From Blautia sp. (GTDB lineage: Bacteria; Bacillota; Clostridia; Lachnospirales; Lachnospiraceae), in contig JBKXQO010000001.1 in assembly GCA_047014865.1 (NCBI GenBank), positions 4,089 to 68,088 on the forward strand: 64,000 bases of DNA, in the 5' to 3' direction. A program made the translations under genes and the position numbers. The first letter of the stretch is position 1; every line of letters starts with the position of its first letter. Below, piece after piece: positions 20,378 to 28,545 of this stretch. Below the pieces are notes generated by a model. It was not told the origin of the DNA and searched no databases. It saw only the letters and a list, made by a program, of their open reading frames with translations.

Positions 20378-22012
20378 TCAGTTCTCAAAATAAAAACCTT
20401 CAAAATCATATTTGTAAACTCTATAGATATAGGATTTCGACAAATTCATCTTAAAATCCCGCAGAAGATTTCCCTGGGCATCATACTCCCCAAAGACGCC
20501 CTCCATCCCTGAATCCACGATGATGTTCCCCTGATAATCCTGTACACTGCTCACATAACCGGAAAATGGAACGGAAAATGACTGCACCAGGGAGTAAGTA
20601 CCTGTACTCTCATCCACTTTATACTTATAGTAATAAGAATTCTCGCCCGCTGAAAGAGAGGTGGCAATTCCCTGAATCTGACTCCAGTCGTACTCTGGCT
20701 GCGATTCACTGACCCCCAGATTGTTGTTAAACAGATAGAGATAATACTGCCCCTCAGGGAGAGCTTCATCACTCTCATAAGTCACCGTGTGCTGCCCTCC
20801 TGTGTTGGAAAAAGATCCTTCCTCCTCATTTTTCTTCAAGAGGAGACCCTCATATCCCGTCCCCTCCCAAAAGCTCTCCTCCCCAATGAGATAGTCTATC
20901 TGAGGATCTGAGTACAGGCCAGAGATCTTCAGTATCGACGAGGTCTCTCTGGAACTCAATATCACTGTCTCATCTCCAAGCCACTGAATGGAATTGATGT
21001 GCATCCAGTCCAACTCCTCGTCCGGACTCCTTGTACAACTTTGCTTATAATCCCCCAGCAAGTCTCCCAGGTCAAATTCCATCGTAATCTCACCCGTCTC
21101 ATCGTCCAGGAGAAGTATCTGATCCTCCACACTATCGCTCTGTGTGTCCGTGGCCAAGACCAACAAATCTCCCTCATCGTCGAACACGTAGTCATGATGT
21201 AAAATATAGTCTTTCGTATCGTACACCTGCTCCACCTGGCCCAGGGAATTTACCGCTGCAATCTTCGTCTGGGATATACTGTAGTACATCCTTCCATTCT
21301 GAAATAAGAGACGATGACTTCGATATCCAATCAGGGGGACTTCTCCTCTGAGTACCCCTTGGTTATCGTAATAGTACATAAAATCCAACCCGTCGCTGTC
21401 ATTTCCCAGGATCACATAGAGGCCGTTGCTCACCGAACTCTCCGCCAAGGCCTCCTCCTGCCCGGAACGCTCCAACTGTACCTCCTCCCCCCCGAGAAGG
21501 CTTCCCATCTCATACTCCTGTCGGTATGTACGCTCCTCTCCACTCTCCGCCGTGACGGTGAATGTGATCACGTTTTTCTGGTCCGGCAAAAGACCGATCA
21601 CTTGAAATTCATGTTCCTGATTATAATCGTTCTCCCCTTCCGGAATCCCTGAGAAGTCCCCTGCGCTCTCGTCCTCAGCCGAGACCTGATAGGACACCGT
21701 GGCCGGCTCCGCCGTGGTAAAATAGACATACAAAGATAACGTGTTGGTGCCAAAAGGATTTTCCTGAATCAACATGTGATCTTCCGTGTACTCCTGTGAC
21801 TCTTTCCTTTCCTCCAACTGTTGTCTCGCCTGCTCCTGGTACTCTTCTGTGTAGATCTGCCGTATTTTCTCCCGGCTCTCACTTAACGCCTGTTCCCCCA
21901 CCTCCTTGGCCTTTCTGCCCTGTGCTACCACAATGAAACTCAGGACACTCACCGCCGCGATCGCTCCCACCGCGACGGCGCCCCACTTCTTTATCCTGTT
22001 TCTCTTTGACAT
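20378..22012 (-). CDS. Aryl-sulfate sulfotransferase family protein (N-terminally anchored)
   Basis: N-terminal TM, NPFGTNTLS Ig-like domain, LHHD, DWMHINSI, GQH, YRVYK motifs. Confidence 0.8.
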   Translation of the reverse strand: MSKRNRIKKWGAVAVGAIAAVSVLSFIVVAQGRKAKEVGEQALSESREKIRQIYTEEYQEQARQQLEERKESQEYTEDHMLIQENPFGTNTLSLYVYFTTAEPATVSYQVSAEDESAGDFSGIPEGENDYNQEHEFQVIGLLPDQKNVITFTVTAESGEERTYRQEYEMGSLLGGEEVQLERSGQEEALAESSVSNGLYVILGNDSDGLDFMYYYDNQGVLRGEVPLIGYRSHRLLFQNGRMYYSISQTKIAAVNSLGQVEQVYDTKDYILHHDYVFDDEGDLLVLATDTQSDSVEDQILLLDDETGEITMEFDLGDLLGDYKQSCTRSPDEELDWMHINSIQWLGDETVILSSRETSSILKISGLYSDPQIDYLIGEESFWEGTGYEGLLLKKNEEEGSFSNTGGQHTVTYESDEALPEGQYYLYLFNNNLGVSESQPEYDWSQIQGIATSLSAGENSYYYKYKVDESTGTYSLVQSFSVPFSGYVSSVQDYQGNIIVDSGMEGVFGEYDAQGNLLRDFKMNLSKSYIYRVYKYDFEGFYFEN

Positions 22013-22291
22013 AGATCTGCGTATCCTTTCCCGATATTCCTTTTAGATATCTTATTCAAAGATACTGGTCTAAACTTAACTATACTTAAAATTTTCCACG
22101 GTTCAATGTTTTTTCACATTTTCACTGCTGATAGCCATACTTAGGTACCTAAGCGCCCTCCCAACCCAAAATCACACACGTCAACATGACAAAGACTTTC
22201 CTGTAACACAAAAAGAATGTGCCCCAGCACATTCCCGCGCCGGGCGCGGTCGCTTGAGACACTCTTCATCCTCGCCTATTCTCAATTCCAA

Positions 22292-22747
22292 TCAAATCCG
22301 TCTGCTGCGCTCCCCCGTGGCGATCCTCCAACACATACGGAACACAATGGTAGTCACCATGATCCCCGCCGACATGCTTGTGGCGAACAACAGGGCATAG
22401 ATACTTTCCCGGCCGAAACCGTCCAGTTGCCGGTCCATCAAATGTTTCATTCCCCGGTAGAGTGCCGCCCCTGGCACCAGTGGAATCGCTCCAGAGACCA
22501 GAAAGACCGTCACCGGCGTCTTCTGAATCCGTGCCATCCACTCCGCATAGACAGTCAACATAACAGAAGCCGCAAAGCCGCAGACATAATCATTGGCCTG
22601 GAAACATCCTCTCACGGCTAGAAAAACCGCCCAGCCGAGGAATCCGCCCAGAGCCGCCAAAAACGCCTTCTCCCGCCGAATATTAAACAGTAAAGCAAAC
22701 CCCAGAGAACCTGTGAATGCTGTGAGTAGCTGAACCATCTGTGCCAT
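22292..22747 (-). CDS. Threonine/serine exporter family (ThrE_2) small subunit
   Basis: Hydrophobic, GFALLFN and IPLVPG motifs. Confidence 0.82.
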   Translation of the reverse strand: MAQMVQLLTAFTGSLGFALLFNIRREKAFLAALGGFLGWAVFLAVRGCFQANDYVCGFAASVMLTVYAEWMARIQKTPVTVFLVSGAIPLVPGAALYRGMKHLMDRQLDGFGRESIYALLFATSMSAGIMVTTIVFRMCWRIATGERSRRI

Positions 22748-22762
22748 CTCATTCTCCCCATA

Positions 22763-23554
22763 TTAGAACAAAAAATTTGTGAAAGTAAAGCCCACAGCGA
22801 TGGCAATCGCCAACACGACAGACTCCAAAAAACGCACCCCTCCTGTGATCATATCCCGGGAGAAGATATCCCGGATTGCATTGGTGAACGCCATCCCTGG
22901 GATCAACAACATGACATTGCCAATACTGATCAAATCTGCATTGTCCCCAGCCCCAGCCAAGACGGCCAGGTTAGACAACAGCCCTCCCACCACCGCGCAC
23001 AACAAACTGGTGATCATCGGGTTGGAGCTTCCCCTGGCAAAACAGGAATCTGCCAACTTTAGGACCACCCCGATCAAGGCCGACACGATCATATCCTTAA
23101 GAGTCCCTCCGAAAAACACGCAGAAAGAGCCGGAGATCAGCGCATAGGTCAGTAACTGTACTCCGTAGGAGTACAGAGGTTCCCCGGCGATTCTGTCCAG
23201 CTCTCTGCGAATCTCAGAGCTCTCTGGCTTTTGCTCACAGATTTTTCTGGAGAGTTGATTCAATTCGTCCAGCATATGAAGGTTATTCTTCAACCCCGGA
23301 ATTCGCCTGCTCTGCGTACAGGAATAGAATTCTCCCCAGTATACAGTGGTGACAATACTGGCAGAGATAGACAGCACGTCTGCCCTCCTGGCTCCATAGG
23401 CCTCACAGATACGCCGGACCGTGTCTTCCACCCTGCCGGCCTCAGCGCCACTGATCAACATCTTCTCTCCAATCTCCATAGCGTAGTAGAGATACTCCTC
23501 CACCTTTTCTCTCTCTCCGTCCCCGGCGTTCTCCACGGTTCTAGTCTCACACAT
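22763..23554 (-). CDS. Threonine/serine exporter family (ThrE) protein
   Basis: GEKMLISGAEAGRVEDT, LLIPGMAFTNAIRD motifs. Confidence 0.85.
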   Translation of the reverse strand: MCETRTVENAGDGEREKVEEYLYYAMEIGEKMLISGAEAGRVEDTVRRICEAYGARRADVLSISASIVTTVYWGEFYSCTQSRRIPGLKNNLHMLDELNQLSRKICEQKPESSEIRRELDRIAGEPLYSYGVQLLTYALISGSFCVFFGGTLKDMIVSALIGVVLKLADSCFARGSSNPMITSLLCAVVGGLLSNLAVLAGAGDNADLISIGNVMLLIPGMAFTNAIRDIFSRDMITGGVRFLESVVLAIAIAVGFTFTNFLF

Positions 23555-23575
23555 TCTATCTGTCCCTCGCGCTCT

Positions 23576-23944
23576 CTATCCGGCTATCCCATAGCCATTT
23601 CCCTGCAGAGCTTCGATGGCCCTGTCAAAATTTTCTTCTTTCGTGAATATATAATCTGTATTGTAAGTTGAGACGGCAAACACCCCAATCCTATGTTCAG
23701 CCAAGATAGAAGTGATCTCCGACAAAATCCCCACCAACGAAAAATCCAGACTTCCCTGCACACGAAACCCTCTCCAACCATGGTCGCATTCCGTGGCGTT
23801 GCCAGGTACTTTCTGTGTGGCGCACACCAGAGAATTCTCCTCCTCCGTCTTACCCACAAAACAATACGTATCCTTCCAATCCACCTGGGATAAATCTTTT
23901 AATTTACATATGGAGAACTGCTCCTCTATCCTCTGGATCTTCAT
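23576..23944 (-). CDS. ACT domain protein (DUF2241/CASTOR-like)
   Basis: EENSLVC, GSLDFSLVGIL, FAVSTYNTDYIF. Confidence 0.82.
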   Translation of the reverse strand: MKIQRIEEQFSICKLKDLSQVDWKDTYCFVGKTEEENSLVCATQKVPGNATECDHGWRGFRVQGSLDFSLVGILSEITSILAEHRIGVFAVSTYNTDYIFTKEENFDRAIEALQGNGYGIAG

Positions 23945-24069
23945 CTCTTCCTCCTGTTCTGCCCAATCGGACATGAAAACTGCTGCTCAATCTCGTTACC
24001 CATACGTTACCATTCTAACGATGGCAGATCAGAATGTCAACAGAGGATATCCGCGCACGGCGCTCTTTC

Positions 24070-24402
24070 TCAGAAGACCACCGTCAGCATCATCTTAAAG
24101 TTCTCCTTACCCTGGACCGCATGGGGATGTCGCGCCGGCATGACAATGGAATCTCCTTCCTTCAACTCATACTCTACTCCGTCGATGGTGATCAGACCCA
24201 CGCCGTCCAGACACACCACCATGGCGTCCCCCTCCGACTCATGGGTGCTGATCTCCTCCCCCTTCGCAAAAGAGAACAAGGTGACGCTGACCGCCTTATT
24301 TTGTACCAAGGTCTTACTGACCACTTGTCCTTCCTGATAAGCTACTTCCTCTTTGAGTCTCAACACTTCCGATTTCCTGATGTTTTTCATAATTCCATCC
24401 AT
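24070..24402 (-). CDS. Cupin domain protein
   Basis: VTLFSFAKGEEISTHESEGDA...MPARHPHAV; AGGAGG RBS upstream. Confidence 0.88.
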   Translation of the reverse strand: MDGIMKNIRKSEVLRLKEEVAYQEGQVVSKTLVQNKAVSVTLFSFAKGEEISTHESEGDAMVVCLDGVGLITIDGVEYELKEGDSIVMPARHPHAVQGKENFKMMLTVVF

Positions 24403-24464
24403 TCTTACATCCTCCTGTTATTAATTTTCAACTTACTCTTATATTCTACCAAAAACTCCTGGTC

Positions 24465-24477
24465 TATTCTGTAACAA
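24465..24477 (+). repeat. att core, left (TATTCTGTAACAA)
   Basis: Identical 13-mer at 33156-33168; host-type genes lie outside both copies. Confidence 0.8.
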
Positions 24478-24577
24478 GTTTAACTTACATCGTTTTCTGT
24501 AACATCAGCTATTTTCCTCATATAAAACGCTGCATTCCATATCATTTTTTGCTTATTATCCTATCTGTACATACTTT

Positions 24578-24595
24578 CAGTCCCATCTTAGTACC
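24578..24595 (+). repeat. Putative integrase arm-type site (CAGTCCCATCTTAGTACC)
   Basis: 15/18 match to TAGTACCATTTTAGTACC at 33076-33093. Confidence 0.55.
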
Positions 24596-25448
24596 ACCCC
24601 AAAGCCTCTCTTTCCACAGCACTGTACCACGTCCGTTTAAAGCTCTCCAGCCCTACATGGCGAATGGGCGCCGCTGCTAGGTACTGGTCATAATACTGCT
24701 TATACTGATACCTGTGCACCCTCTGCCTGAGAGTCCTCATCGCTTTCTTATCAAGCTGGCGAACATACTCCGTACTTACTCTCAGGTCTTCCCCCACCTC
24801 TTTCAGTGTCTTCTCCTCCTGATAGCGCATCCGGACAACCGTGGGCAGATTATCCGGCAATTCATCCACTGATCTCCACAGTTCTTCTTTCATTCGCTCC
24901 CTATCCAGGCGTTCAATAGCCTCTTCCTCCAAGTCTTCCTCTGAGGCTATGCTCTCCTCCAAGGTCAGATTCTCAGTACCTGGCAGAGGCTCGCTCAGGC
25001 TCTGTATTTGCCCCATTCTGGCCGTTTCTCTTAGCTTTTCGACCTTTCTCCTACCCACGCATAGAAGCCCACACATTTCCCTATCAGAGGGCTCATAGCC
25101 ATATCTCTTTATGAAATCATCCCTGGTCTTCCTGTACTGCCTTACTTCGTCATTCAGATAAGAAGGCAGCCTTATAGATCTGTCCTGCTCCATATACCGC
25201 CGCATCCTTGTCTTGATCCAGAACGCCGCATAGTTGATAAAAGGTACACCTCTAACGGCGTCATAGCCCCTCACGGCATCACACAGAGCCAGATATCCCT
25301 CCTGCTTTAAATCATCAAGTTCCTCCTGGCCGGAATAAATCATGGCCAGCTTCCCAATAAACCCCTGGTTCTGCTGCCAAAGTAAACGCATATTTTCCGC
25401 TTCGTCTATGCCATCCTGAATCAGGACTACAAGCTGCTCATTCGTCAT
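24588..25448 (-). CDS. Sigma-70 family RNA polymerase sigma factor (element-encoded)
   Basis: Region 2 DDLKQEGYLAL..AV..YD..RGVPFINYAAFWIK; region 3 SLSEP; region 4 KTLKEVGEDLRVSTEYVRQLDKKAMRTLR. Confidence 0.88.
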   Translation of the reverse strand: MTNEQLVVLIQDGIDEAENMRLLWQQNQGFIGKLAMIYSGQEELDDLKQEGYLALCDAVRGYDAVRGVPFINYAAFWIKTRMRRYMEQDRSIRLPSYLNDEVRQYRKTRDDFIKRYGYEPSDREMCGLLCVGRRKVEKLRETARMGQIQSLSEPLPGTENLTLEESIASEEDLEEEAIERLDRERMKEELWRSVDELPDNLPTVVRMRYQEEKTLKEVGEDLRVSTEYVRQLDKKAMRTLRQRVHRYQYKQYYDQYLAAAPIRHVGLESFKRTWYSAVEREALGWY

Positions 25449-25529
25449 AATGCCACCTCTTATCCTATCCCATTTATAAGAAAATCAGGCCCCATACCCC
25501 CCTTCTGGAAGCACAGGGCCCGTTGTCAG

Positions 25530-26393
25530 TTACTCACTGTCTGGCAAAGCCTGATAATAGATTGCTTTCGCTTTATTCTCCAGCACAAACGCATCATAGA
25601 CAATGCGCCCCTCTACCAATGACCCACTAAGGCCTGGTGGATTCTGATGTGTTTTATAGCTCTCCAACTTGGTAGGTGCGACTGTCGCACAAGGATGGAC
25701 AACCATAAAACCAAATTTCTCCGGCAGACGTTTAGCAGACACTTTGAGTACGTCCAGTCCGTCCAGATTCCCAACAAAGCCAACACTCCGTTTACCTTCA
25801 TCTAGTACCGCGCGGACCATATCCTGATATCTCCCTGCGCTATCCTTACTAGTCTTCATCAGAAGCAAAGTCTCCGGTGTTATGACTAAAATCCGTCCAG
25901 TCTCTGGTACATCTGCATTATCCAGAGCCGTGTTCGCTGTAAAAATCTCATCGTAGATATTGGAGGAAGTCAATTCTTTTTCTGCCGGCTTATTCCCCGC
26001 CCCTTCACAGATTTTCCCTAATACATAAGTATCTACCTCTGGGATCACCACTTCTCTCATCTGTCTGCTCAATGCAGTGGCCGCTTCCAGCTGGCCCTCG
26101 GTCTCCTCCGTGTCAAGCGTATCAATCGCAAAGGTAAAAGAACGGTCTTGGGACAGCTCTTTTCGTTCTGTCGTCGCGTTCAGCGCCTCTACCGCTCCAT
26201 AGCGTGACCAATTTCCCTCAGTGGCTCCGGTACGACCATAATCGTTCATTTTTCCGGTACTGATCTTATAGATCTTCACGGAGTGCGCACCAGAAAATGA
26301 AAAATCCTGATTTGTAAGATATTCTTTTTTACTCTCCTGTGTGAACTGTTCATCCACATAAGGGAGATATTTCTCAACTAACTCTATTGCCAT
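25530..26393 (-). CDS. Phage major capsid protein (Firmicute siphophage type)
   Basis: MAIELVEKY..YVDEQF, DRSFTFAID, VVIPEVDTY, LDNADVPETGR, NPPGLSGSLVEGRIVYDAFVL resemble this capsid family from recall; directly downstream of the scaffold gene. Confidence 0.78.
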   Translation of the reverse strand: MAIELVEKYLPYVDEQFTQESKKEYLTNQDFSFSGAHSVKIYKISTGKMNDYGRTGATEGNWSRYGAVEALNATTERKELSQDRSFTFAIDTLDTEETEGQLEAATALSRQMREVVIPEVDTYVLGKICEGAGNKPAEKELTSSNIYDEIFTANTALDNADVPETGRILVITPETLLLMKTSKDSAGRYQDMVRAVLDEGKRSVGFVGNLDGLDVLKVSAKRLPEKFGFMVVHPCATVAPTKLESYKTHQNPPGLSGSLVEGRIVYDAFVLENKAKAIYYQALPDSE

Positions 26394-26396
26394 CTA

Positions 26397-26858
26397 TCAT
26401 CTTCCTTTCAGACCCATCGCTTTCCTGATCTCATCGCTTCCAGCTTCCCCGCCCGTTGCCGATGAAGGTCCTGAGTTGCTGAGACTCCCGTTGAGAAGCC
26501 GGTAGGGTCTAAGATTAGAACCTTTGAAATAGGTGCTGATGAGCTCTATACTCTCTTCCATTTCTTCTTTATTTCCACATTTCACCAAGGGCAGCAGCTC
26601 TTTCGGTATTTTCTCATCTGCCAGCCTTTCCCTGGCATCCAGATGAAGCTCCCGCTCATTTAACGCCTGCTCCCGTTTGTCATGTTCAGAAGTATCCGGC
26701 AGATTTTTGGCCCTTGCGAGCCGCTCCCTGACGATCTTATTCACTTCCTCCTGGGTGAACAGTTTTTCCTCCGGCTGCTGGGTAGCGCCCTGCTGGCCGC
26801 TTGGTTCCTGCTGCTGTTCCTGTGCCATGTTCTGGCCTTCCACACTCTGATGCTCCAT
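26397..26858 (-). CDS. Capsid scaffolding protein (DUF4355-like)
   Basis: Low-complexity Q/E N-terminus followed by KLFTQEEVNKIVRERLAR; coiled-coil; precedes the capsid gene. Confidence 0.78.
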   Translation of the reverse strand: MEHQSVEGQNMAQEQQQEPSGQQGATQQPEEKLFTQEEVNKIVRERLARAKNLPDTSEHDKREQALNERELHLDARERLADEKIPKELLPLVKCGNKEEMEESIELISTYFKGSNLRPYRLLNGSLSNSGPSSATGGEAGSDEIRKAMGLKGR

Positions 26859-26925
26859 GTGTATCTCCTTTCCCCGTTTATCGCCCGGTCGGCTATATAA
26901 ATACAATGAGGATATTCAGACAAAT

Positions 26926-26984
26926 AAAAAAAAGGCGCAGGAATAACTTCTAGACATTTCTGTCTGTAAGTTATTTCCCACGCC
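26926..26984 (-). terminator. Long hairpin + U8 in the leader of the scaffold-capsid-sigma operon
   Basis: Minus strand GGCGUGGGAAAUAACUUACAGACA-GAAA-UGUCUAGAAGUUAUUCCUGCGCC-U8; G:U pairs only on the minus strand. Confidence 0.7.
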
Positions 26985-27059
26985 ATTCTCTCAAAGGCTT
27001 CCAGCGCTGGCAGTATTTAGCACTGGGGTACTTCTCAATATTCTATTTGACTCGAGATA

Positions 27060-27088
27060 ATTATACCAAACATGGGAGGGGTACGCAA
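27060..27088 (-). promoter_or_regulatory. SigA-type promoter TTGCGT-N17-TATAAT (extended TG) for the capsid operon
   Basis: Exact 17-nt spacer, TGnTATAAT. Confidence 0.65.
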
Positions 27089-27104
27089 CCCCGGAATCTT
27101 TTCT

Positions 27105-27314
27105 TTATACGGGTTTCCGAACCCCCTCCCCTTTACTAATTGCTGCTAAAACTCTAGTTTTCCCTAGTAATTCATGCCCTGAATGAGCCGCCATGGCTTT
27201 ATCTATTCTGCTTTTGATTTCAGGTTTTCTCAGGTTCTCCTCACCGACCGAATAGGCCGTCTGAGGGGAATAACCGGCTCTGATGGCAGCCTTATTGCTC
27301 CTTTGCTTCATCAA
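27105..27314 (-). pseudogene. terS: Terminase small subunit remnant
   Basis: AAIRAGYSPQTAYSVGEENLRKPEIKSRID is the TerS HTH motif. Only 69 aa, with no normal N-terminus or C-terminal oligomerisation part. Confidence 0.65.
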
Positions 27315-27427
27315 TAAATGCTTCCATCATCTTTGTAAGTTGTGTTCCCATCGCAACACCTTTTTACAGAAAAAACACCCCGTATTTCTACAGGGTGCCC
27401 CAGTAAATCCTTTTATTATTTGTGTAA

Positions 27428-27610
27428 TTATCTACTCAATTCCCTTGATTTCAACCATACATACGCCCTCTTATATTTGCCCTGCTGATTCTTAGATACC
27501 TTGCAGACCTTCACGGTATCCCCCAGGATTTCCAATACCAGATCCAAGTCCTCTTGTGTCTGGTAAGATACTCTTAGCCTTACGGGTAGTTTCTCAATCT
27601 TATCACTCAT
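27428..27610 (-). CDS. Small hypothetical protein (60 aa)
   Basis: GGAGG RBS; ATGA overlap with upstream ORF. Confidence 0.6.
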   Translation of the reverse strand: MSDKIEKLPVRLRVSYQTQEDLDLVLEILGDTVKVCKVSKNQQGKYKRAYVWLKSRELSR

Positions 27611-27726
27611 CTGATTACCTCCATGTACATTCTATGCACTATATGAAATATCAACTTTAGAGCTCTTCCATCAATTATCTCGTCAATCATTTTTTTAATA
27701 CAATCCCTGTACTCTTCTTTACTCAT
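27607..27726 (-). CDS. Small hypothetical protein (39 aa, MSKEEYRDCIKKMIDEII...)
   Basis: Below ORF-track cutoff; AAGGAAG RBS; stop overlaps the next ATG. Confidence 0.55.
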   Translation of the reverse strand: MSKEEYRDCIKKMIDEIIDGRALKLIFHIVHRMYMEVIR

Positions 27727-27747
27727 CTTACTCTTCCTTTCCGCTAA

Positions 27748-27776
27748 TTTACTTTTAATTAAAACTATGGTACTAT
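27748..27776 (+). promoter_or_regulatory. Promoter TTTACT-N17-TACTAT (extended TG) for a counter-oriented sRNA
   Basis: 17-nt spacer; directly precedes a structured non-coding unit that ends in a terminator. Confidence 0.55.
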
Positions 27777-27781
27777 GTACC

Positions 27782-27856
27782 TGTCTCCTTTTTAAAGCCG
27801 CCCAGCTTTTCGGAGATAGACAGCCCTGTAGGTATTTATCTATAGGGCCTTTTTTT
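27782..27856 (+). ncRNA. Putative ~75-nt regulatory sRNA with CGCCCA loop
   Basis: Promoter, AAAGC-CGCCCA-GCUUU hairpin, terminator GCCCUGUAGGU-AUUU-AUCUAUAGGGC-C-U7 with G:U pairs favouring the + strand. Confidence 0.6.
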
Positions 27857-27858
27857 GG

Positions 27859-28029
27859 TTACTTGTACCTTAACATTTCCTCGATAGAGTCCAGCATAAA
27901 GACTTTCAGCATCTCAATGCCTTGGTTCCGATCAAAGCCATAGAGCCGCAATATTTCAAGCCTATGGTTCTGCTGCGTAATCCAGTTTTTTAACAGCTTG
28001 TCCTTTTCTTCCTGTGATATCTGGTACAT
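27859..28029 (-). CDS. Small hypothetical protein (56 aa, MYQISQEEKDKLL...)
   Basis: GGAGG RBS; TAATG coupling to upstream ORF. Confidence 0.6.
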   Translation of the reverse strand: MYQISQEEKDKLLKNWITQQNHRLEILRLYGFDRNQGIEMLKVFMLDSIEEMLRYK

Positions 28030-28172
28030 TATTTTCTCCTCCCTTTTTTCTTTGACTTTATGAACTGAAACATTTTAGCCTGAATTCTGGCTTTCTCCAT
28101 TGGGAGCTCTATGCAACCATCCTCTTTTATGACACGAAACCCGTTTTCACTGCCTGTCTTACTTTTGCTCAT
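28029..28172 (-). CDS. Small basic hypothetical protein (47 aa, MSKSKTGSENG...)
   Basis: GGAGGTG RBS; coupled to the downstream ORF. Confidence 0.55.
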   Translation of the reverse strand: MSKSKTGSENGFRVIKEDGCIELPMEKARIQAKMFQFIKSKKKGRRK

Positions 28173-28178
28173 TTTGGA

Positions 28179-28448
28179 TCACCTCCTCAGTTTATTTATG
28201 CTTTTCTGTGATACATTAAAAAATATTTTTACATAGTGTTCATCACAGTAAGAACAATCTCCAAAATATCCGCATCTTGCCATAGCCTGTTTAAATTCTT
28301 CATGCGTTACGTCTGGAATATCTCTTTGTACAAGTCGCAGCAAAAACACAGAATTACAATCATTCCGGATATTTTTTGATGGTGAGAATTTCTTGTCAAT
28401 CCAGTTACATATCATAAGCTGTCTATCAACCACTTTACTAAAGGTCAT
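28179..28448 (-). CDS. Hypothetical protein (89 aa) downstream of the replicase
   Basis: AGGAG RBS; ORF track. Confidence 0.6.
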   Translation of the reverse strand: MTFSKVVDRQLMICNWIDKKFSPSKNIRNDCNSVFLLRLVQRDIPDVTHEEFKQAMARCGYFGDCSYCDEHYVKIFFNVSQKSINKLRR

Positions 28449-28476
28449 TGTCTCACTCCTATACTGGTAAATAATA

Positions 28477-28525
28477 TTTCTTTCATTTCTTTTGTTTCGG
28501 TGGAAATGAAAGAAACAAAAGAAAC
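28477..28525. repeat. Iteron-like inverted/direct repeats, candidate replication origin
   Basis: TTTCTTTCATTTCTTTTGTTTC-GGTG-GAAATGAAAGAAACAAAAGAAAC, immediately after the replicase stop. Confidence 0.5.
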
Positions 28526-28545
28526 GTTTGTTATGTGTTTAAGTC

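Noticed and set aside
26864..26890. CTCCTTT...CGCCCGG before the scaffold gene as a second sRNA target
   Set aside because: Only 5 contiguous loop-complementary bases plus a generic RBS match; too weak to assert.
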